From IMG/VR virus record IMGVR_UViG_3300030095_000903, positions 1 through 46,451 of that record: DNA of 46,451 nt; one strand, written 5' to 3'. Positions 9,841 through 22,900 of the stretch are shown piece by piece. The DNA comes from a virus (taxonomy: Duplodnaviria > Caudoviricetes). Position 1 is the first letter of the stretch. Each line of letters opens with the position of its first letter. A program made the translations under genes and the position numbers. The notes under the pieces were generated by a model that saw only the letters and a list, made by a program, of their open reading frames with translations, was not told the DNA's origin and searched no databases.

Positions 9841-12145
9841 AGATTTAGAAAAGTATTTAAAAGGACTAAAAAGAAATAGTGCTTTAGCAAATGTTAGAAG
9901 ACCTGCTAGTATGGGTGGTGGAATGGTTTATGATAAAAAAGCTGAAAGAGAAAAAATAGAACAAGAATATTTTCAATCAACCCTTAAGCCTCAAGCTAGG
10001 TTTACAGGAATGCCTGTTAATAATGCACAAGCAGATAGAAGAGCAAGAGTTCAAAATCAACAAATGGACCAGAAAGTTCTTCAAGAAGCTGACTTAAGAA
10101 ATCAATTTGACCAAGCTAGGAGTTTAGGTGGAGATATAGGAAGAGAAGCTATACGAGATGTAGCTATGAATAATCCGGGTGGAGTTGAAACTTTTAATAA
10201 AATGAATAAAGGTAAGATAACTTTTGCTGAATTAACAGAAGGTTTAGGTAATCCACAAAAAATGCCATACAAACCATCTGATACTGACTTAATGCAGATG
10301 GAGAACCTTGTTAGACAAGGTATGATGCCTGACGATATTAGAGCAAATCCAGAAATGGCTAAAGTTTATAATCATTCTCAAAGATTACAAAGTCTTGGTG
10401 AAAGAAACGTTCAAGCAATGTTAAGCTCAGAAGAAGCTCAAATTGCATCTGCTCAAAGAGATAGAGAGTACAAAAAACAACGTGCTATGGAAGAAGTGGC
10501 AGAAAGAGATAGGATGTTAGCATCAGGACCTAATATGTATTATGGTCCGGGTATGACCAGAGATAGCATAATGGAACAAGCTAATAATGCTGTTAAGTAT
10601 GGAGAAAAAGACAACATTATGGCTATGGTCCAAGGCGTTATGGGTGGAGATAGAATAGGAAAAACTCAAGGTCTTATGGGTATGCTTAATATGAGAGCAG
10701 TTATGAAAACTGCTGGAGCTGATGATAAAATGTTAGCAGAGTTTGATGAGCTTGGTCAGAATGCCCGTATTAATAAAATGGGTAGAGACCTTAAAAAAAT
10801 GTATGGTGACAGACCATTGGATGCTACGCAATTAGCAGATAAAAGAAACCAAGAAAAAGAAGATAAGAGATTAGCTAAAGCAATGGCTCCTGTTCCTGTA
10901 AAAGGTGGAATGAAAAACAGAAAGTCTCCTTTAAAAGAAGCCTTGTTAAAATCGCAATTATTTGCAGGTAGAATGGCTAAAGGCTTTACAGATGATAGTT
11001 ATAAACAATATGTACAACGAGGTGGCTATATAACTAAAGATGGTAAACAAGGGTACTTACTTGGTGGATTAGCTACAGCTCTAGCACCTGCATTAATAGG
11101 TGCTGGTAAAACAGCTTTGGCAAGTAAGGCGGCTGGAGCGGCGACAGGTGGAGCGGCGACAGGTGGAGGCGGATTATTATCTGGTATTAGTAGTATGTTT
11201 GGAGGAATGAAAGATAGGTATATGGATAATCCAGTAGCCGCAGGTAAACTAGAAAGTATTATGAACTCTACAGACTCTGAAGGTAATCCAATAGGAGAAG
11301 CTGAAGCAAGACAAATAAGAGATGCTGGAGGAGGTTCTGCTGACCTTGCAACAACTATAGGTAGGGGTGCTAAAGAATTTGGTAAAGATTCTTTAAGTGG
11401 ACTTGTTGGTATAGGACAAGGACTAGCTGGTGCAGGTGTTGGAATAGGTAAAGGATTACAAGCTGGATATAAAGGGCTTACTGATAATAAAGCATCTTAT
11501 GAAGATTTAGCAAGTGGTAAAGAAAAAGGTAGTTTATTACAAAGGCTTGGTAAAGGTATGAGTTTTGCTGGTAATGTAGTAGATATGGCTAACGAAGAAA
11601 TACCTTTTTCATCAATGGGACAATCTGATGTGCAATTTTATAGTGGTAAAGATGGTGCAACAAAACCAAAGCAACAAGCCTATGTAAACGATGCTGATAA
11701 TGTAGAGATGCCTGATACAGATGTACCTCAAGACCAAGTAAGTAAAGATATTAAAGATGGTCAAGTAGGTAAGACTGGTGTAGAGATGGAAGGAGTAGAT
11801 GGCAAAGTAATACCTGCCTCTATACTTGATAAAGTTAAAGATATGGATAGCCTGAAAGGTTTAAAACCTGAACAATTAATGACTGTACAAAAAGCATTAG
11901 GTGGGATAGCAGTTGATGGAAAGTTTGGTCCAGAAACTATGGGAGCAATGCAAAAGTATTTTGACAATGCAAATAGAGCACCTATTGAGCAACCAAGACC
12001 GGAACCAGCTCCAGTAAGAAGTCGAGAAGAAATAATACAAAGTTATCCAGTAGGGGTGGACCCAAGCAATCCTTTCCCAATAATTAAACAAGAAGGTGGC
12101 TTTATAAGTAAACTTATGGCATATCAAAACGGAGGATTAGTCTAA
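9830..12145 (+). CDS. Putative ejection protein with C-terminal peptidoglycan-binding domain
   Basis: Q/M/A-rich helical N-half, Gly-rich hydrophobic segments, and VQKALGGIAVDGKFGPETMGAMQKY (PG_binding_1 signature DGxFGxxT). Confidence 0.6.
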   Translation: MADKDLEKYLKGLKRNSALANVRRPASMGGGMVYDKKAEREKIEQEYFQSTLKPQARFTGMPVNNAQADRRARVQNQQMDQKVLQEADLRNQFDQARSLGGDIGREAIRDVAMNNPGGVETFNKMNKGKITFAELTEGLGNPQKMPYKPSDTDLMQMENLVRQGMMPDDIRANPEMAKVYNHSQRLQSLGERNVQAMLSSEEAQIASAQRDREYKKQRAMEEVAERDRMLASGPNMYYGPGMTRDSIMEQANNAVKYGEKDNIMAMVQGVMGGDRIGKTQGLMGMLNMRAVMKTAGADDKMLAEFDELGQNARINKMGRDLKKMYGDRPLDATQLADKRNQEKEDKRLAKAMAPVPVKGGMKNRKSPLKEALLKSQLFAGRMAKGFTDDSYKQYVQRGGYITKDGKQGYLLGGLATALAPALIGAGKTALASKAAGAATGGAATGGGGLLSGISSMFGGMKDRYMDNPVAAGKLESIMNSTDSEGNPIGEAEARQIRDAGGGSADLATTIGRGAKEFGKDSLSGLVGIGQGLAGAGVGIGKGLQAGYKGLTDNKASYEDLASGKEKGSLLQRLGKGMSFAGNVVDMANEEIPFSSMGQSDVQFYSGKDGATKPKQQAYVNDADNVEMPDTDVPQDQVSKDIKDGQVGKTGVEMEGVDGKVIPASILDKVKDMDSLKGLKPEQLMTVQKALGGIAVDGKFGPETMGAMQKYFDNANRAPIEQPRPEPAPVRSREEIIQSYPVGVDPSNPFPIIKQEGGFISKLMAYQNGGLV

Positions 12146-13905
12146 TGGCTGAGATTAAACAAGCTAGAATTTCTGGATACTTAAACCCGGATATGCCCGA
12201 AGAGGATTTACAAGCAAAGGCTATACAAAGAAAACAAGCCGCTATGCAAGAGGCTATGGGTAAATATCAGATAGCTAATCTTAAAGAACAATCAAGAGTT
12301 ATGGGAGTTAACAGGAAATCTGAAGACTGGTTTAATCGTAATGCTGATATGTTATATAGTCAAAGCTCTAATCCACTTGTAAAAGAATCGCAGAAATTTA
12401 GTGACCCAACAAAAATGGCTGATTTATATAAAAAATATCAAGCTGAAGTAGGTGGTAATTTTGCACAATTCCAACAGTTTGTTGAGGTTGGTAAAGCAAA
12501 TGAAGCTAAAAATAATTCAAGAAAACTTACTATGTTAATAGATGAGTATGGTGAAGACTACCCTGAAATAATTAACAAACAATTAAGAGCAATGGAAGAT
12601 GGTGAAAGAAACCAGTTGTTTAGTATGTTGGATGATGATACTTATTCTAGACTTGCTGAGTTGTATGATGTAGATGAAAGTTATAAACTTGGAGATTGGT
12701 GGGAAAACAACTATGGCAAAGCAGGATTAACTGTAGGTACTATTGGAGCGGCTATATATGCGGCTAAAAAAGGAAAGTTTGGTGCTATAAAAGAAGTCTT
12801 TGGTGGTAATGTACCATCAGAAACTATTAAAAAAATAGCCAATGCTAGTAGTTGGAAAAACCACGTTAAAGAATCTAGTAAAGCTTGGAGAAACTTAAAT
12901 CCTAATGCAAGTAAAAAAGAATTTGCTGAATGGCAAAAAGAAATATTGTATGGTGGCAAAGGAGAATCTAAAGCTAAAGACGCTTGGAAAAACTTTTCTG
13001 ATTCAGGAGGTTCAGGAGTTAGTTCTAGTAATAAAAAGTTTAGTGCTGATAGAGAAGCTAAAAGAATAAAGAACTTAAAGAATAGAAATATAGCTCCTAA
13101 AATGAAAGGCAATGTAGGATTGCAAGTTGTTCCGGGTCAGGGTGTAAGTTCAGTATTACCTCCGACAGTAGGCAGACCTTATAGAATGACTGCTGAACAG
13201 ATAAGAAAACGAGCAATAGAAAATAACAATGAGTTAAGAAGAGTTAAGACACCTAAGTCTGATGTTAAATTTACTGGTGGTCAACAAAGTTTATTTGATG
13301 AAGCTGACCACGTTATACCTCAAAGAAAGTTAGCTATGCACAAAGCACAAGTTAAAACTATGGTAGCTACAGGAGAAATGAGTCAAAAACAGGGTAAAAT
13401 AGTAGATGATGCTATAAATTCTATAGTGCAAAAAGGTGAAAGAGTTACTAAAAAAGGTTTAGCTAAAGTTATATCTGAAACACAAGGTGGTTATAGTTTA
13501 CTTGATAAAATTGCTAATAAAGAAATTAAAGGTTGGAAACTATTCGGATATGGAATAGCAGGTGCAACAATGGGTGGTTTAACTATGGGAACCATAGGAG
13601 GAGCTATCGGTGGTGATACTGGTGAAGAAGTAGGTGAAATAGCGGGTACAGCAATGGGTGCAGAGATGGCACCAAGGATGCTAAAACAACTACAAACCTT
13701 GGTAAAAGAAAAAGGCTCTAAACATATTATGGATAAGATAATAAAGAAGAAAGGAAGTGCTTATCTTGCTGGATTAATGGCAAAAGGTGCTTTAGGTTCT
13801 TTATTTAGCGTGGGTACTTATGGAATTGGTAGTGCCGCTACTGGACTCTTTTTAGCTAAAGACATTTACGACATTTACAATATATTAAAAGAAGACATAG
13901 ATTAA
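12145..13905 (+). CDS. Putative ejection protein with glycine-zipper membrane segments
   Basis: GIAGATMGGLTMGTIGGAIGG and other GxxxG segments; located between ejection genes. Confidence 0.55.
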   Translation: MAEIKQARISGYLNPDMPEEDLQAKAIQRKQAAMQEAMGKYQIANLKEQSRVMGVNRKSEDWFNRNADMLYSQSSNPLVKESQKFSDPTKMADLYKKYQAEVGGNFAQFQQFVEVGKANEAKNNSRKLTMLIDEYGEDYPEIINKQLRAMEDGERNQLFSMLDDDTYSRLAELYDVDESYKLGDWWENNYGKAGLTVGTIGAAIYAAKKGKFGAIKEVFGGNVPSETIKKIANASSWKNHVKESSKAWRNLNPNASKKEFAEWQKEILYGGKGESKAKDAWKNFSDSGGSGVSSSNKKFSADREAKRIKNLKNRNIAPKMKGNVGLQVVPGQGVSSVLPPTVGRPYRMTAEQIRKRAIENNNELRRVKTPKSDVKFTGGQQSLFDEADHVIPQRKLAMHKAQVKTMVATGEMSQKQGKIVDDAINSIVQKGERVTKKGLAKVISETQGGYSLLDKIANKEIKGWKLFGYGIAGATMGGLTMGTIGGAIGGDTGEEVGEIAGTAMGAEMAPRMLKQLQTLVKEKGSKHIMDKIIKKKGSAYLAGLMAKGALGSLFSVGTYGIGSAATGLFLAKDIYDIYNILKEDID

Positions 13906-13908
13906 CAT

Positions 13909-16900
13909 ATGGCAATGCAAAAGGCACCTTGGGAGCCTAAAGCCAATAAAGAACAAACTCGAGAATCTGTAGTTAAGTATAGGTTGCAACCTTCTCTTTG
14001 GGATGATAACGAAAAAGAGATAGAAAACCTGCAAAAACACGCAGAATACCACCGTATCCCATTTGCTCGTTCTGATAAACATCAAGATGGGATGATAATG
14101 GGTAGCTTAAAACAATTTGCTACAGGATGGGGTGAGGGTTTTAGTGCTAATATAATACAAGGTGAAGACGAACCTGATAACACAGCAGAAGGAATAGCAA
14201 GACAACTTGGTAGTTTAGCAGGTTTCTTGGGATATATACCCGGCTCAAAGTTTATTACACCATTAAGAGCTATAGCTAAGTTTACTAGAAATAAATCTAT
14301 ACCTATGAGAGTAGCAAATAAAGCTACTCAAACAATGTCTAAGGCTTATCCTACTTTAAAAAGAGACGCTCCAAGTATAGCTAAAATATTCTCATCAGAA
14401 AATAAAATGGGAGACGTTTTACAGGGTGCATTCCACCTTGGTATAGCTAGTGGTGTATCTGATTGGAGAGGAATAGTAGATGAAGGTATGCCTAGAGCTT
14501 TAGAAGCTGTTGGCTGGGGTGGTGTTTATGGTGGTGGTTTTAGAGCTTTAGGTAATATGAAAGGTTTTGGAAAGAAGTTACAAGCAAGTCAATTAGACCC
14601 AGCTACTGGCTTACCTAAACTTAAAACATTAAGTGGTGGTCAATTATTTGATTATGGTATGAGAGCGGCTGTTTCTGGTGTACTCTCTAAAGAATTAGCT
14701 GACTATCAATATGGGGGTGACTTACCTTTTGAACAAGCTGTTTATGAGTATGTTATGGGTGCGGCTTTTAGTTTTAATGACACACCATTACAAACTAGAC
14801 TAGCAAGGAAAGCTATACACGATACTATAAAAAACAAGTATGGTTATGAAGAAGCTTATGGTAAGGTGCCTGACCCAGAGATGCACCCTGAATGGGACAC
14901 TTGGACACCAGAAATGCAGAAATTTGTTAAGAGAGACTTTGATGCTTGGTTTGGCTCAGACCCTGAAGTTAAAGCGGCTACTTTAATGTTACAAAATCAA
15001 GCTATGAAAAATGAAGGCTTGACTCAAAAAGACATTGAAAAAACAATGGATAAAATGGTTAAGAAAAACATTGAAAGTGCAGAGCTTAACCCAGAAGGAG
15101 AGTTGATAGACCCTGTTTTAAAATCAGATATAAAGAAAGTTAAGGATGTTATAAAAGACAACCCTAATAATGAAGATTACCAAGACCTTGATATGCACAT
15201 TAACCAGCTTGATAATTTGCCCGGTAAGATTTCTGGTGGCAAAGGTTATGTAGATAAATACATTGTACCAAGAACTGGTAAAGGTGATATGGCTGATAGG
15301 CTTGTAGAGTCTTTAAAGATAGCAAAGAAGTGGGATGAGTTACACAGCACAGTGCAAGGCATAGCTAGACCTAAAGATGGAGCTGTTAAAGAGATAATTA
15401 AATTTATAAAGAAAGAATACAAGCTTGAAAATATAGAACAGAAAGAAATTGATTGGTGGAGAAACTGGGCTGAACAAACAAGAAAGAAAAGATTAGTACT
15501 CCAAACATTTTTTGCAGATGGAGAAGTAGGTTTTATTGATAAAGGAGTTAGCCCTTTAGGAGATAAAAAAGAATTGCTATTTGAACCACCTAAAATACAG
15601 GAAGTGTTTAATAACTTAAATACCAAGCTTGGTAAACCTCAAGAGAATTTTTATACCATAGCAGACTTTTTTGTTAGAAAAGGTAAAGAGTATGGATTTA
15701 CTGGTAAGGATTTAAGAAGATTACAGAATGAATTAGATAAAAGCTTTACTCCCGATGGACCACCAGTTAAAGCAAAAAACGTTATACGTATGGTTAAAAG
15801 CAAAATAGCTAAAGATTTAGATGAAGCTGGATATTACTATACTGGTGGTAGAGGTGATAAAGCGGCGATGTATTTTGTTAAGAAGCATCCTATGGTGGAC
15901 CCAGCCAATAGACAAAAAGATTTAGATATGATACAAAAAGCTTTTGATAAAGCTGGTTTTAATAAAGCAAAGTTTAATAAGCATTTATTAAAGATGGGTA
16001 TAAAGTATAAACAAAAATTTAGAGGAGTTCACGACAACTATTATAAAGACTCCTTGATAAATAATATATACTACGATATACATAATAACTTTGGTTTTAA
16101 TGTAGCACAAAAAGATATACCATCAATGCTTAATAAGATGTTATCAAGTAAGGGTTTTATCAGAGATGCTAAAGATTATAATAAAAGAGCACAGATATGG
16201 TTTAACTCTGGACAAACTACTAATACTAAAGTAGCTAATGAATATTTAAAGTCTTTTAAAAAACGATTTAAAAAAGAATATAATCTATCTAGAGATTGGA
16301 AACCTTTAGAGTTTCTAGGTAAAAAGAAAGATGAAATTAGTTTAGTTGTTTGGGACGATGGTTTAGGTATTGATAAAAAGAATCTTAAGGCTGATAGAAA
16401 AAACTTTGAAAGAGGTGAAGGTTTTGATGGTGGTATAGCCGCATTACCGGAATTTATATATGCCTTAAATAAGTCGAATGGTATAACAAACGAAGGTAGA
16501 GTCAATAAATCTTTTATCGTGTCTCCTAACGCTAGATATGGAGCTATGTTAGGCAAGTATATGTTCTTTGAAGCATCACCAAAGTTACAAGAAGCTATGA
16601 GAAGAAAAGGTATACACGCATTAGCACCAGAATCTGGTATAAAGCAAATGGGACTTAGAAAATTTGGTAATGTAAATGTTAAAGGATTTAAAGGTGTTGG
16701 TAATAAAATTGAAAGAATAGATTTTGAAGCTCAGGTCCGAAAATTATTAAACAATCAAGGTACTTTTATAAATGCAGAAAATGCTAAAGTTAATGGCAAG
16801 AAGTTACCTCAAGAAAGAATAGGCGATATATATTTAATACCAGAAGCCAGAAATAAAGGTATTGGTTCTAAGTTTGCTGACCTAGTAGAAAATTATAAAA

Positions 16901-19900
16901 GGTCACAAGGATTAAGAGACATACAAATAATGGCTGTAGGTGGTAGAAAAAAAGAAGGGACAGAAAAACACGACAATATAGAATTTTGGAAAAAGCAAGG
17001 GTATAAAGTAACTGGTAAAGCAGTTCCAGTTACACTAGGTAAAAAAGTTCTTAACCCTGAACTAAGAGGTAAAAGAGTATATGCTATACCTATGCAAAAA
17101 GATATACAGGGTGATATATGGGTACAAGGACCTAAGTACAATGTACCTTTAAGAGATATAAGAACTATATTAAGTGAGACTACATCAAAAAATGATTTAG
17201 CTGGTGCAAAGTTTGCTAAACAAATGTGGTCTACTATAATGCACTTTAGTAAAGACTCAACTAACCCAGATTTAATTAAAAGTATGTCTGATGAGGTAAT
17301 TAAAAACTCTGTAGAAGGTGACCCTGAACTAAATAAAGCTTGGGATGCTCATATAAAGAACCCTAACGATGTATCTGAAAGAAAAATACTTGAGAACATA
17401 GACGATATTAGCTTAGTAAAATTAGCAGAAGCTGTTACAAACACTAATGACGAAGGGTTTGCTAGTAGAGTATATGACAGAATTATACAAAAGAATATAG
17501 AAACTACTAGAGAGACTGCCAAAGAGTCTGAAGTAATGAAAGATGAATATATAAAAAGCCTTGGTGAAGTTAGTGAGTTTGAAGGAATATTAGATAGAGT
17601 TGGTGAGCTATACCCAAAAGGTAATCTTGGTTTTTATATGCACAAGTTTGCTAAAAATTATAGACAAAATGCTGTTAAAAATTATATAGTAGATAGGATA
17701 AGTAGACCTAAGTTAAAAAATGGAATGAAAGCTAGGATGAGACCATTTGACCAAGGTATGTGGAGTGACCTTGATATAAATGATAATCAAGATATATTTT
17801 ATTTAGACGAAGGAGCTAGAAGTAAAAAGATATATGACCCGTTTTTTTCAGGCGGGTATGAGACACTTGGTAAAATATGGGATGAATATTCTAAAAAAGA
17901 TAATGGTATCTACAAAGATAATAAAGAATTTATAGATGATATACTTGAAGGTGTAGCAATGAGAGTTCCTATGGACTCACAAAGTGGTGCACACGCATTA
18001 AAGTTTGCAGGATTTACTGGAGCAAAAGGTCAAGGGGTACTATTACACGGAAGAGTTATGGATGCACTTGGTGGTGCAGACCTTGATGGAGACAAAGCTT
18101 TTATATTTTTTGGTGGTAAGTCTGGTATGTGGAAAGAGTGGAAAGAAATATACAAAGGTCAAAAAGACGAGTTTGTAGATGCTGATGGTAATCAAACACC
18201 AGCTAAAAATGAAGATGCTAAAAAACAATTTCTTAAAACAGATACAGAATTAGTAGAAATGAATAGTAATCCTATTAGTAAGTACGACCCTAGCCTTAGA
18301 ATGATTATGAGTGAAGCGTCTTACGAGGGAAGAGAAACATTAGGTGGAGCCGTAACCACAAGACAAGCTTTAGCCTCTGCATATGATGTTATAAGATTAG
18401 CAGAAAAGACTGCTTATGGACCAGTTAAATATGTTAAAGGACAATACTTACCTACTATAATACAAAAAGGAGCTTACTATTTTCCCGTTGAAACAAAGCA
18501 AGGTAAGGTAGCTTATGTAAAACAGACACCTAAAAAAGCTATTGAAAGATTTAAACAGTTATCTAGAGCGGCAATAAACTTAGGTGCTGACCCTATGGAT
18601 GAAATGGGTATTAAATCTGCATCGGAAATAAAGCAAATACTTAATGATAGTTTGTTTAATTATGAGTTTATGTATCATAAAAAAGTTGGTAAGAAAAATA
18701 AAGAAAGGTATATCTTTACTACTGCTAGTGATTTAAATCTAAACACTACACCATTAAAAGAAATGTTAAAGAAGTTTAGTCAGAAAGGTTTACATAGTAA
18801 CTATGCTACAGCTAATAATGTTTTGTATGGTCGTGATTTCTTAAGTGGTAACAAGTATAGTTTAGGTGAGATACAGTCAGGAGTTGGCTCTATTGATTGG
18901 GTTCCAAGAGAATCGCAAAGGAATTTATTAAATTTTATTGCAACAGAATATAAAAAAATACCTTACGAAGATAACATATTTAGAAGATTAGACTCTGAAG
19001 CTTTAAATCAATTATATAAAGACAATAGAAGAGAGTTTACAGACAGACCTGAACTATTAAAACTATTTGATAGAACAAGTATGATGAGTAGACAAGGTCC
19101 TTTAATGAGACAGATTCTATCTAAAAGACTATACAAACTTGAAAATAGAATAAGATTAGCTAATAATAAAGCTGAGTTTTGGGATTTATTTCATACTAAA
19201 TGGCATCCACAATATGATGCACAAGTAGATGGTCAGAAAAGAGGAGTAATGGGTAATGTGCCCAGTCATCTATATGGTAAGTTTATGTCTAAGAAAGCTA
19301 ATACTACTGTTAAAGATAGATTGCAATACTTAGAATATAAATTAAATCAAGCTGAAGATTTTTTAGTGAACGATTTAAGCGATATGTCTTCTATAAAACA
19401 TATATTAAATGTTAGAGATGCAGGTGATGTAGACGATAAAGATTTTAAACGAGTTAATCAAATGGTTAATGATTTAAAAAATAGTTCTTATTGGGTTAAG
19501 AAAGCTAGGGAAGAAGCAAGGTTAGATATACAGAAAGTTATAGAAGAAACTGGTGACAAAAAAACAGGAGAACAATTTTTAAAATTCTTAGGACTTCAAA
19601 AGAAAGGTGGAGAGTCTGCTAAGAATCAAACAGATATAGATAGACAGATACTGTTTGATAAAAAAGCGTTAGGTAAAACAAATTTACATAATCTGTATGA
19701 TGCTATGGTACTTGGTACATTCCAAAGAACAAACAAAAAGTTGTTAGATTACTTAGAAAGAAAACCTAAGCTAAGAAAAAATGAAGTTAAGTTTAAAGAA
19801 GTATTAAGAAAAAATGGTCAGAATACATCATTAATGAGACTAGGCTTTGCTAGTAAAAATGTTAAAGATGTAAATGTAAAAGCACATCTTGATGAATATA

Positions 19901-22900
19901 ATAAGCTATATAAACAAATTAATCCTGTCCCAAAAGAAGAAGAAGCTTTTATAAAAGAAACTGCTAAAAAGGCTGAGTCTACTACATCAGCTAAGTATAA
20001 AACTGAAACTGGTAATGTAGAGAATAAAATTATAGAAGCATCTGATTTATCTGAATCTGATAGATACTATATGGACCAGATTGAACCATTTGCTGGTTTA
20101 AAGAAAGCTAAGATAAAAGATAAAGAACTATTATCTACAGTTTATAAGTTAAAGAATCATTTAAAACACTATCATAATTTAGACTCAAGGGACTTTAACG
20201 GTTTATTTCGTAGTATGTTCCAAAAAAATATAAATCAAGCTACTAAACAAGACTTGCAAAACTTTGAAAGATTCTTTCAGGATATGAGAGATGGTAGTAC
20301 TTGGACTAGATTTATTAGTTGGGTTAGTGGTAAGAAAGATAAGAGACCTGAAATAGAAAGAAGGTATTGGAATAGATTTCCAGAAGCCAATCAAAGAGAG
20401 TGGTTAAAGTATCCGGGTATGGTAAAATGGAAAGCTGATGTTACGCCGTTTAAAGATAGGTTTAACAACAGCATTATGGGTAGGTCCATAAGACCTACTA
20501 CTGTTATTGGAGATTTACAAAACTTTGCTTGGAAAGGTGCTGAATTTTCTTTACAAACAAGTGAAGAAGAGCAAAACAGATTGCGTGATGAGTTAGCTCC
20601 TTACACTCAAACAAGTGAGTATGGTACAGACCTTCATAAGATTGCAGTTTCTATAAGAGAAAGAGGAATGGTCCACGCATTAAAAGAAATAATGGGTGAC
20701 GACCCTTTGCTTATGTCTAAGCAAGAAGCCTATATGAATAATTATAATGAAGTACAACCTTTATATAAAAAATTAAAGGATAAAGTTTTTGCTGTTCCAT
20801 TGAAAGATGGCACTGTAAACCTTACTGGTGAACAGATTGTTAAAAACATTAATGATATTTACACACGAAAGAACAAAGATTTAGAGACTATGATTAATGG
20901 TGATGCTGATTGGTTTGATAACTTTGTTAAACCAGCTTTTAATAAGAATGGACAGCCTACTTGGAAGGGTTTAGATAAATTGTATAATAAATACTTACAA
21001 TATTCTAAAGAAAAGTTTAGGAGAGGTGAGAGATTTGACATTAATAAGTTTGGTATTAATGGTATGCAAGAGTTAAACAAGTTAATAAGTTTAAAGTTTT
21101 CATTACCCAAGGCTAAACGTACTGAGAAACTTTTAAAAGAGTATGCTGGTAAGCTTGGTCTTGGTAAAAAAGTTACAGAAGTGTGGGATGCTGAATATTA
21201 TTTTCCTCACATATCTTTTGATAGAAAAAACGTAGATGCACAGCTATCTAAATCACTTGATTCTATTTTTGCTAATACAAAGATGTCAAAAAAAGATAAG
21301 TATCAAGCGGCTAAAAAGTTAATATACCAATCAAAAACTATGACTGGTGATTGGGCACCAAAATCTATTAGTGAAGAAAACTTTGAAGCTATGCAGGACG
21401 TATATCAAAGAGCGGCAGGTGATAAAAAGAACGAAGGTGTTAAACAGATATTGCCTTTAGGTTTTAAACAGCCATATAGTCAATATCAAAGAGATGCACA
21501 CTTAGCTGGGTGGTCCCGTGATGCTGAAGCTTATGAGGCTAATATCAAGAACTTGGTAGATTCTTTTTATAAAGAAAGTATGCTTACCTTATCAAGGTCC
21601 CATATACAAGAGTTTTATAGAAAGTTTAGAACACAAACTAAAGACAAAGCTTTGGCTACTAGATGGGCTAATTTTTTAAAGTTATATACTCAAAGTTCTA
21701 TGGGTTATCCTACAGATATTCCTGATGCTTTAATAGACGACCCTAAAATGAAATTAAAATGGACTCCCTATATGTCTTTTGCTGATAGCAATATGAGAAA
21801 TAGGATTAGTTCTATTCGTGACAAACTTGGTATAACAAGTAAAGCATTAAAGAAATACGATGTATCTAAAGAAGATGCTAAAGAATTAAATCAATATAGT
21901 CAAAGTAAGTTACAGTTTTGGAGTGGTTTAGAAGCTAAGTGGCAAATGGCATCATTACTTGCTCACCCTAAATCTGCAATTACTAATTTGTTTGGTGGTC
22001 AAATACATACAGGTATTAGTGCAGGTATCCAAAATCTAAAGAACGCTAGAGACATTGATTATTTAAAAACAAATATAAATCCTGAATGGCGTAGTATGAG
22101 GGATGTAGAAAAATGGGTTGAAGGTTTAGGTATTGTTGAAGAGTTTTTATTATACGAAGCTGGTATGAACAAAGAGCTACGTGGTCGTAGGTTTGAAAAC
22201 TTTGTTAGGGATTTTTCTAGAAAGCTGAAAGGCAAAGACGATTTAAAAAATACAGAACTAACAGCTTTAATTAAAAAACATAAGATTACAGATAGTATGT
22301 GGAATAAAGCATCTTGGTTTATGCGTAGACCTGAAAGAACTCTACGTAGAGACGCTTTTATTGCACACTATTTACAAGCTAAAAAGAATTTTGGTGGTGC
22401 TATAAGAGATTATGACCACCCTTTTTTAATAGAGATGGGTAGGAGAGGAGTAAAAGCTACACAGTTTTTATATTCTGCTCCGTTCAGACCAATGTGGACG
22501 AACAGTGCCTTGGGTAGGGTAATGTCACGTTTCCAATTATGGAGTTGGAACTCAGTTCGTTTTAGAAAAGACTTATTAAATGAAGCTAGGTTAAGAGGGT
22601 TTACTCCCGGTACACCAGAATATAATCGTGCTAAACGATTAGTTACTGCTGACCTTATGGTCTATGGTTTATCTAGTATGTTTATGTATAGTCTATTTGA
22701 TAACGCACTTCCAGCTCCTTGGAATTGGTTTCAAGATACAGCTTCAGCTATATTTGGTGATGATGAAGAAAGAGAACGTGCTTTCTTTGGTCACCCTGCT
22801 GGACCATTGTCAATTATCAAGCCGCCGTTGTTTAGGTTTGACCAACCTATATATGAGGGTTTAGTAAATGGAAACTGGGATAAAATGACTGATTATTATC

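Noticed and set aside
11134-11168. 15-bp tandem duplication TGGAGCGGCGACAGG
   Set aside because: An in-frame slippage repeat in a Gly/Ala linker; not CRISPR-like or regulatory.
8140-22864. Multiple antisense or alternate-frame ORFs nested in the large structural genes
   Set aside because: No SDs or motifs; expected shadows of biased codon usage.
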